Shown here piece by piece: positions 17,981 to 26,400 of a DNA stretch of 27,872 nt; positions within the stretch are counted from its first letter, which is position 1; each line of letters starts with the position of its first letter. The notes beneath the pieces are model-generated. The model was not told the origin of the DNA. It saw nothing but the letters and a program-made list of their open reading frames with translations, and searched no databases. Location of the stretch: contig JANOQV010000252.1 of the NCBI GenBank assembly GCA_031414955.1, forward strand, positions 1 through 27,872, in the 5' to 3' direction. This DNA comes from Pedosphaera sp. (GTDB taxonomy: Bacteria > Verrucomicrobiota > Verrucomicrobiia > Limisphaerales > SIBH01). The position numbers were made by a program, and so were the translations under genes.

Positions 17981-18600
17981 ACCCGGACGTGAAAGACATT
18001 TCGCTGCCTGAGCGTGAGCCGACCGTGCGCAATAACGCGCTCTACCTGCCCATGTGGCTCACCGCGCTGCTTGGCTTTCTGCTCTACTGGGGATGCAACC
18101 ATGTGGAAGACCGGGGCGGCCATTATAGCCGGCTGGTCTACGAGCCTTATCACTCGGAGGGAGAACTTAAGACGGCGATGCCTCAGGACGAAATGGCCAT
18201 TCTTATCCGGCAGGGCGCGCTGCTTTACGGCACCTATTGCGCGGCCTGTCATCAGCCCACCGGCCTGGGCAATGCCGGGCAGGCTCCGCCGCTGGCCGGT
18301 TCCGAATGGGTTCTTGCCCCCGGTCCGAACCGTTTGATCCGCATCCCCCAGGTCGGGGTCACCGGACCGATCAAGGTCAAGGGCACTGAATGGAACCTGC
18401 CCAGCATGATTGGTTTTGCCGCGACCCTGACGGATGACCAGATGGCCGCACTGGTGACCTACATTCGGAATTCCTGGGGCAACAAGGCTTCAGCCGTGAC
18501 CGCCGAACAAGTCGCCAAGGTTCGTGCCGACCTCAAGACCAAGAATCAGGCCTCGCAGTACACCGCCGAGGAGTTGCTCAAGCTCTCCGAAGAGCCGTAG
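17977..18600 (+). CDS. Membrane-anchored monoheme cytochrome c (last gene of the operon)
   Basis: ATGA overlap. TM helix, GALLYGTYCAACHQPTGLG..PPLAGSEWV, Met in PSMIGF, LTDDQMAALVTYIRNSWGN. Confidence 0.9.
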   Translation: MNPDVKDISLPEREPTVRNNALYLPMWLTALLGFLLYWGCNHVEDRGGHYSRLVYEPYHSEGELKTAMPQDEMAILIRQGALLYGTYCAACHQPTGLGNAGQAPPLAGSEWVLAPGPNRLIRIPQVGVTGPIKVKGTEWNLPSMIGFAATLTDDQMAALVTYIRNSWGNKASAVTAEQVAKVRADLKTKNQASQYTAEELLKLSEEP

Positions 18601-18616
18601 CCTCGGCGGAAGCGGG
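18594..18616. repeat. Degenerate short REP-like element overlapping the operon stop codon
   Basis: GCCGTAGCCTCGGCGGAAGCGGG (reverse strand encodes PASAEATA) resembles a short dispersed GC-rich repeat type I recall from environmental genomes. It is a single copy here, so its repeat status cannot be shown from this window. Confidence 0.3.
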
Positions 18617-18771
18617 CGCGGGTGGATCGTCGCCGCAGTGGAATAACCGTTTGGTTCCGGCCCCTCGAAGAAACGCAATCCTTCCGGTCAGAGGAAAGCC
18701 CGCCCAAGTGAGGGAAACGCTGTGCCGAAATGTTATGCTGACCTGCCCAACTCCCACCATCTACGGACAAA

Positions 18772-19983
18772 CTAATGTTTCTTCCACACGTAGCGAAACA
18801 TCAGGACTCGCAGTGCCGCCGTCAGGGGGATGGCCAGGATTCCGCCCAGCACCCCGCCCAACAGCGTGGTGCCCACCATGACCGCTACGATGATGGTCAG
18901 CGGATGCAGCCCCACGCGGTCTCCAATGATTTTAGGCGAGATGACCAACCCTTCCAGCGCCTGCACCACTGCGAACACCCCCAGCACCATCAGCGGGTGC
19001 AGCCAGTCCTGGAATTGCACCGCTGCCAGCACGATGGCCACCACGAAGGTCGCAATCGCGCCCAGGTAGGGAATGATGCTCAACACGCCGCCCATCAGCC
19101 CGAGGAGCAGCGCGTAATTCAACCCCATGGCGAAGTAGCCAATGGTGTAAAGCACGCCGTCGCACGCCGCCACCAGCACCTGCCCGCGGAAGAACACGAT
19201 CAGCCGGTCGTTGATGGAGGTGAGCACGAAGACCAGTTCCTCCTTGGCCTGTGATTCCTGGACCGGGAGATAATTGGTCCAGCGCCGCTGGATGCCCGCC
19301 TTCTCCAGCAGAAAATAAAAGCAATACACCGGCACCAACGCGATGCCCGCCAGCAAGCCAAACCACGCCGCCACCCGTGAAACCTGATCCGCCAGCCAGT
19401 CGCCGATCTTCGGCAGCGCCTTGGGCAGCCACGAGACGGCGGCGCTCGCGATTTTCCGCTCCAACGCATCCTCGGGGTTTGCTTTCGCTTCCGCCGCCGG
19501 TAGCACCAGCGCCACCACATCATTGGTGGCGGGATCCGTGGGCTTGACCGGCTCCTTGACCTCGGGCGTTCTCAAGAAAGGCAGTTGCCAGCCTGAATGC
19601 TCAACCCAGTTCAGGAGCCGATGTTGAATTTGGAGGGCGTAGCCGGGAACCTTGGCCGCCAAGGCACGCGTCTCGAAGGCCAGCCGCGGCACCACGGCCG
19701 CTCCCAACCCGAGCACCACCGCCACCGCCACCGCGAAGACGAGGAGGATGGCCCGCTGCCGCTTCACCTTGCGGCGCTCCAGGAAATCCACCACGGGATC
19801 GAGCAGGTAGGCCAGCACCGCTGCGATGGCCAGCGGCCAGATGACCGGGGTGAAAAGATGCAGCACCCGGCCCAGTGCCCAGACCAGCGCCGCCGCCGAG
19901 GCCACCACTGCGACCACCGCCAGCGCCGACAGTGCCAGCCAGATGAGGCGCGATTGTTTTGGACTGGGCGGTGGCAAAGACAT
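18772..19983 (-). CDS. AI-2E family (PerM/TqsA-like) transporter
   Basis: AYLLDPVVDFLE, FFRGQVLVA, LSIIPYLG, VQALEGLVISPKIIGDRVGLHP..GGVLGGILAIPLTA. Confidence 0.92.
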   Translation of the reverse strand: MSLPPPSPKQSRLIWLALSALAVVAVVASAAALVWALGRVLHLFTPVIWPLAIAAVLAYLLDPVVDFLERRKVKRQRAILLVFAVAVAVVLGLGAAVVPRLAFETRALAAKVPGYALQIQHRLLNWVEHSGWQLPFLRTPEVKEPVKPTDPATNDVVALVLPAAEAKANPEDALERKIASAAVSWLPKALPKIGDWLADQVSRVAAWFGLLAGIALVPVYCFYFLLEKAGIQRRWTNYLPVQESQAKEELVFVLTSINDRLIVFFRGQVLVAACDGVLYTIGYFAMGLNYALLLGLMGGVLSIIPYLGAIATFVVAIVLAAVQFQDWLHPLMVLGVFAVVQALEGLVISPKIIGDRVGLHPLTIIVAVMVGTTLLGGVLGGILAIPLTAALRVLMFRYVWKKH

Positions 19984-20211
19984 GCGTGCAGGCGTTGTAG
20001 GCGGATGCGGATGCGGTGGAAACCAAAAAATTCAATCTGAAACAGACCGGATCGCGACGAGTGGCCGGGCCTGGTTCGCTCGCGCTTCGATTCGCCCGTA
20101 GCGATTGTCCATGTTGGCCGGACAGTCACGCATGAACCGTGCTGCCGGCTGGCCGACCGCATCCCGCGCGACCAAGACATCGACCCTGGTCAGATCAACG
20201 ACAATCTGAGC

Positions 20212-20391
20212 ATGGCGGCGGCTGTGTTCTCCGATCTTGGTGGCGGCGTGCTGGACTATCGAGGAAGAGCCATGAGGTTCACCGACTGGGCCCATGAAAA
20301 CGCCGCGCCCTTCCGGGACGAACTCGAACGCGCCAGTCAGGCCCTCGCTGTCGCCACGGTGGAGTATCTTTTCGGCTCGCCGTCGCCATGA
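20212..20391 (+). pseudogene. Short ORF or 3' gene remnant (59 aa from ATG 20212; frame open from 20041)
   Basis: Translates MAAAVFSDLGGGVLDYRGRAMRFTDWAHENAAPFRDELERASQALAVATVEYLFGSPSP*, with a protein-like amphipathic C-terminal helix. It falls below the ORF-track size cutoff and fills the gap between two minus-strand genes. Confidence 0.4.
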
Positions 20392-20416
20392 GGAAGCGCT
20401 TGTCGAGGATCACTTC

Positions 20417-23400
20417 TTACCGCACCAACTGCACCTGGTAGAATCGCTGCGGCAGACCGGTGAGCGCCACGCTCGTCGAGGCCAACGTGCTGGTGGCCGC
20501 GATGTCACCTCCGAGCTGAATCCACGCCGGCTCGGCCAGGTCGTTTTTGAACAGCAGCCGGTAGGTGCGGCCGGGGAGCGAGGGCCACGAGAGGGTCACG
20601 GTGTTGGTGGTCGCGACGGCGGAGACGGGGAACACCGAAGGCGTGGGCGTAGTCGAGTTCGCCGTGCGCGGAGTGAAGTTGGTCATGAAACGGTAGCCGG
20701 CGTTGGTGCTGCCTTCGGGGAACAAACCCATGCCCACGTTCTGAAACTGCGGACCGAAGACGACGCTTGATTGCAGCGTGCCATCCGGAGCGAAGAGCGC
20801 GATGGCTTCCCCGCCCGCGCTGAGCTGGAAGTTCACATGCAGATCGCCGAACGGACTCAGGCCGTTCTGCGCCAGCTGGTTGTCCGCCCACACCAGCAGG
20901 AAGCCGTGCGCGGCGATGAAAGTGTTCAGCGGAATCGGTGACTTCGTGGGTTGTGCGAGCGTGTCAGTCAGGAAATATCCCGAGAGGTCGAAGGCGTTGG
21001 TGTTCGGATTGTAGAGTTCAAACCAATCCTGATACAGACCGTCCACCGGATCGCGCAGTCCGCCGGGGCCGGCGTTGTCAGCCACGAATTCATTGATGAC
21101 CACGGGCACGGGCGCGCCAGCCGGATTGTTCGAGGCTCCGGGCGTGGCGAAGAAAAATATCTGCCGGTCGAGCGGCTGTCCGTCGGGCCACGAGCCAAAT
21201 GCGCGGTTTGGCGTCAGTCCGAAATAATCCACGTAGTCGAGCACCTCGGTGCGCCCGGCGTTGGTGCGGACGAGCGCGATGGTGCCGGAAGAATTCGTCA
21301 GCCGGAAGCTGGTGTGGAAATTCGTCGTCGCCGTCTCGTTGGTTTCGCCATCCGCCCAGAGCACGCGGAACTCCCGCGCGGCGAGCGAACCGCCGGCGGG
21401 GAAGGCCCACTGCGTCAGGTTGCTCAAGTTGTCGGTGAGAAACAGGCCCGTCAGGTTCACGCTGTTGCTGCCACGGTTGAAAAGTTCAATCCACGGCTCG
21501 CGTTCGCTGAAGTTGTCCATGATGCCGTTGGTGTTGAACACGAGCAGTTCGTTCAGCCAGAGCGGCGGGAACGGCGTGAGCGTGGCGCGCACCGAGTTCG
21601 TCGCACCGGGCGTGGGCGCGGCGGCGGCCCAGTTTGCGGCGCGCGTGCGTTCGAGCGTGGGGTCAATGACTTGAAGCGATGCGCCGGCACCATCGGCGTT
21701 TGTCGGCCACGGCGCGGTGTCGCCGTAACGCACGGCATCAATGATCTCGTCGAGGTTTGTCGTGACGGGGCGCACGAGCTTCAACAACTCGCCGTTGTTC
21801 TGGAGATTGCCTGCGTATTCGCCGCCGGGCAGCGGCGCATTCGTGTAGGTGAGCGTGAAGACATTCGTGTCGCTGGCCACGACGAAGAAGTTGCCGGGCA
21901 AAATCACCGAGCCTTCCGCGAAAGTGAAATCCGCGCCGTCGAGCCGCCAGTTCGACAAGTCGAAGGCCACGCTCGGATGCGTGTTGTGCAATTCCACGAA
22001 ACCACCCGCCGTGTTTGTCGCGTGATAATGAATCTCGTTCACGACCACGAAGCCGAGCGGCGACGGCACCGCGCTATTGTTCACGACCTGGATGGTGTCG
22101 AGGACGTTGGTGAGCAGCCGCCCGTAGCGATCATACGCCTGAAGCGCGAGATTGTTCGTCCCCGTGCCGACCGGCACGGACAGCGACCACGCCGTGGTGC
22201 TCGTCCAGGTGAGGGCGTAGCGGATGCCGTTCACCTCGATGTATTCGACGCGAATCGGCGCGGTGCCGGTGAGCGACACGAGGTTGTTGTTGACCGTGAA
22301 ATCATTTCCGCCGTTGCTTGTGATCGCGAAGGCCATCGCGGTCGGAAGCTGGCTCAACACGAAACTGTTGCGACTGCCGATGTAGCCCAGCGCGCTGCTC
22401 CAGTTCTGGCCCATCAAGCTGGCGTAGTGCGTCGTCCAGCGGCTCATGTAAGCCGTGTTGTAAGTCGTAGTCGTGAGGTCGTAGAGATGGCTGTAGAAGA
22501 GCCGCTGGTTCGCCGGAAGATTGAAAATCTTCGTCACGTTCGCGCTCGGCAGCAGGGGCGCACTGGTCGGGTTCCAAAAATCGAAATCCATGTCCCACGG
22601 AAAGGCCAGCGCCTTGCCATCCTCGGGCCGGAACCAGAGCATGAAGTTGTGCCCCAGCCCGAATCCGTAGCTGTCCGCGATGCCGAAAAGCGATTCGATG
22701 GCGAAGGCGCGGCACCATTCGTTCACGTCGAGTAGCTTTTGCGACGGCGCGTCGATGGCCGCGCCGTTCAGGCTGAACATTTTTGCGACGGCCATCATTT
22801 GGTCCCAGCGGTCGCCGCCCTGGTTGTTCTCCTTGAGATAATTCCAGCGATACGATTCCTGGTCCGCGCCCAGATCCTGAAAGTCCACGCCAAGCACGTC
22901 GTCCGGGTTGGGCAGTTTGAAGCTCTGAACATTTCCATCAACGGTGCTGAGCGGAAAATAAATCAACTCCAGCTTGAACAGATCGCCGTCGTTGCCGTTC
23001 TCGTACTGGCTGTCCAGGAACACGTCGCCGTACTTCGCCATCATCATCAGGCCGGTGCCGTTTTCCTGCGCGCGCGGCGCGATGACGTGGACGAAGTCGT
23101 CATACATGCCGGGCAATCCGCCCGCGTGATTGATCATGTGCTTGAGCAGGATTTCGTCGTGCTTCCCGCCCAGCCCCGAGTAGCCGCCCGAGCGATCAAT
23201 CGAGATGCCGCCATGCACGCCGCGAAACAGATCATCGGGCTGGAAGCTGATGGTGAAGCCGACGCGCGAGCTGTCGTTGCGCCCGCGCTGGCTGCCCTGC
23301 AAATGCAGGCTCAGGTCGTAGAACACCTGCTGTTCGTTGTAGATGATCGTCGCGCCCATCCGGTCGTTGCTCATCACGTTCGTCGGCGCGTGGAGCAAAG

Positions 23401-26400
23401 TGGTGTCGGCGTCGGTCATCAGGATGCGAAGGTTGTGCAAGGCGTCGGCGATGGCGTTGCCGTCGTTCACGCGATAAAGCGCGCGCGAGTTGGTGCCGCC
23501 CGCCGGATAGGTGGACTTCACGCCGAGCGCGTCACTGCCCTCGACGTAGAACTGCACGAGCGTGCCCGCGATCTGTCCGGGAACATTTGCGACATGGCCG
23601 CCCGCTTGCGCCGTCATCGCGCTCTGGTTCCACGCGCCGCCGTTGACCGACCAGCGGAGCGTCACGTTGGTCACGCCATCGGGATCAGCGGCGCGCACGA
23701 AGACCGGCACCGGCTCACTCGCCGCCGGGACGGCAGGTGTGTGACTGAAGCCCGTGTAAGTCGGCCCGATGTTCGTCGCGTAGCGCGAGTTCACCGCGCC
23801 CGGCGTGCCGTTGAGCGCGGGCACGGCAATCTGCGTGACGCGCGGCAGGCGGTTGAAATACAGCCGTGTGAGCAAGGCGTTGTTCCCGCCGATCCATTTC
23901 GCGCGGAAGGAAATTTCATACTCGCGCCCGTTGATCACGGAAGCGCCGCCCGCCAGCGTGGTCTCGCCGTGGTTGTGCATGTGCTCGGTCGAACCGGTCG
24001 CGACGAGGCGCAGGACATGGTTTGCGCCGTTGCTCGGATCAGTGATGACGCTCGCCTGATGATTGCCGAGGAAGCGCCACGTCCCCATCCCGCTCTCGAA
24101 GCCGCCGTTCTGGATCAACTGCGTGGCCGCGCCCGCCGGTGAATCAATCACGCTGATGTCGTCCAGCAGCACTTCGCCCGCATCGATCAGGCCGAGCACG
24201 AATTCTTTCCACAGCGTCGGACTCGCGGCGGTTTCGACGGCGGCAATGCCGCGATAGGTGTACGTCGCCCAAGTGGTCTTGCCGCTCTCGGCGCTCGCGG
24301 CCCATGCCTCGGCCTGCGCGTTGTCCGCGCGCGGGTCGCGCAGTTCCAGCGACGAGCCGCCGCCGTGCGCGAGGCGCGGCCAACGGCCTTCCGAGAAGTA
24401 GCGCACTTCGTCCGCCGGATTGCCGAGCGCGTCTTCGAGCCGGATGCGGTCGCTCCGATGCGAGAGCGTTTTGCCGAACGGCCCGAGCACCGGCAGCGCC
24501 GGGTAGAGCGTCTGGAGGAACGCAGGATCCTTCGCGATGACCAAGTAGCCGCCGGGCGGGATGATCTGGTTGGTGGCGAAGTCGAAATCAATTCCATCGT
24601 TCAACTTCCAGCCCGTGAGATTCACCGCGTTGCTACTGCGGTTGAACAGTTCCAGCCACGACTCCGGCGACTCGCGCTGCGGCTGCGCGGGCGTGAGGAA
24701 CGAGGTGGCCGTGAGTTCCGCGCCGAAGACCACGTCGAGGCTGGCGAAAATTCCGTTGGTGCTGAACTGATGCACTTCCGCCGCCAGCCAGTTTGTGCCG
24801 AGCACCAGACTCGTGTTCGGAATTGAGAACGGCCCGGTATAGACCGGAGTCGCCACGCTCGGACTGGCGAGGTTCGTGTAGCTGACCGCGCCCGCCAGCA
24901 TGTTCTGACGAAGGACTTCAACACCGTTCAGATAGAACACCGCGCCGTCATCAATGACGGTGCGCAAGGAAAGTTCCGCACTCGCCACATCGCCGGTGAA
25001 AACAAACGGCGTGCGGAAATACCAAGTGATGAGCCGGGTGCCGGCGGCGTTGGTCAGCCGCAGCGCCGTGTTCTTCGCCGCCGGCAACACGGAGGGGGTG
25101 ACGTAGTGCAGCGCGCGCCCCGAGAGCCACGACGCGTCGTTGTAATTCGTCTCCCGCCACATCGTGCCGAGGTCGGTGCCCAACTGGTTGTAGCGCCAAA
25201 GATTCGTGATGCTGACGGCGATGTTCGTCGGCGCGAACGACGCGGGCGTCGCCGGCAACGCGCGGTGGTCATACATGATTTCGTTGATCACGATGGCGTC
25301 GTTCAGCGCCACGACGTTCGAGAAACCCAGCGTGGACTGCGTGGTGACGAACCACGATCCGGTGCCGTCCGGCAGGCGCGCGCGCGCGGTGCGCTTCGCG
25401 ACCACGGCGTCGAGGACGTTGCTTTGCCCCGGCGTGTAGAGCACCAGCTTGTCGCCGGCATCGGCGCTGAAACCAATCGTCGTTCTGGGGATGAAGACCA
25501 GTCCGCCCGGTGCGAGCGACAGTCCGTTGAACGTGTATTCGCGATACGCGCCGCCGAGTCGCACCAGCTTGCAGCCATCGAGCGAGGCCGTGGTGCCGCC
25601 GTGATTGATCAGCTCGAAGCCGAAGTTCACATTCGTCGCCGATTCCAGTTCGTTGAAGGCGACGGACGGCAAGGGAGCGGCTGGGAAGTTGGTGGTAGTG
25701 ACCGTCAGTTCCGCGCCGAAGAGCGCGTCCGCCGGCGCGCTTGGCCCGCGATGCACCTCGACGGCCAGCACGTTCGTGCCGGTGACGAGGCTTCCCGTCG
25801 GCAAGTCAATCAGCCCGCTGAGCGCGGCATTCGTGATGTTGGTCACGGCGGTGGTGGCAGCGGTGATCGTTCCGCCCGGCATGTTGAAACGCAGCACCTC
25901 GACACCATTCAGGTAGAAGACCGCACCATCCGCAATGATCGGGCGCAGCCGCAAACCCGTCACGACGGGCGAACCGCTGACCACGAACTTGTTGCGGAAG
26001 TAGTAGGTCACGGGCGTGACCGGCAGCGCGGTGTTGAGCGGCACGCTGCGGCGCGCGAGGCCGGAAACTTTCACGCGGAAGCCGGCGGGGTTCGCGCCGG
26101 CCCCGCCATTCACGGTGAGAAATTCCAGGGTGTTCGTTCCCGCCGTGAATCCGTTGGTGATGGCGAAGTTCCCGCTGAAGGCGTTGAAGCCGGAAAAGGA
26201 GATGCCGCGCGACGCGCCGTTGAGCCGCACGTCCGAGAGATCATTGTCCACGGCGACGCTCATCAGGAGATTCGCGCCCGCGAGGGAGTAGCCGGTGAGA
26301 TCGAAAGTGGTGCGAAAATTATACGGCCCCGCCGCCACATTGTTCACGCCGGGATTGACCGGCCCGAGCCAGGCGGAGGTGCCGTCGTTGGCGAGCCAGG

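Noticed and set aside
15645..18600. Calling these genes a functional ccoNOP oxidase or a nitric oxide reductase
   Set aside because: Both enzyme types need the six His ligands, which are absent. The third gene is a monoheme cytochrome rather than a diheme CcoP.
18691..18702. GAGGAAAGCCCG resembling the RNase P RNA GAGGAAAGUCC motif
   Set aside because: The match is imperfect, the intergenic space is only ~170 nt, and no matching 3' conserved motif is visible.
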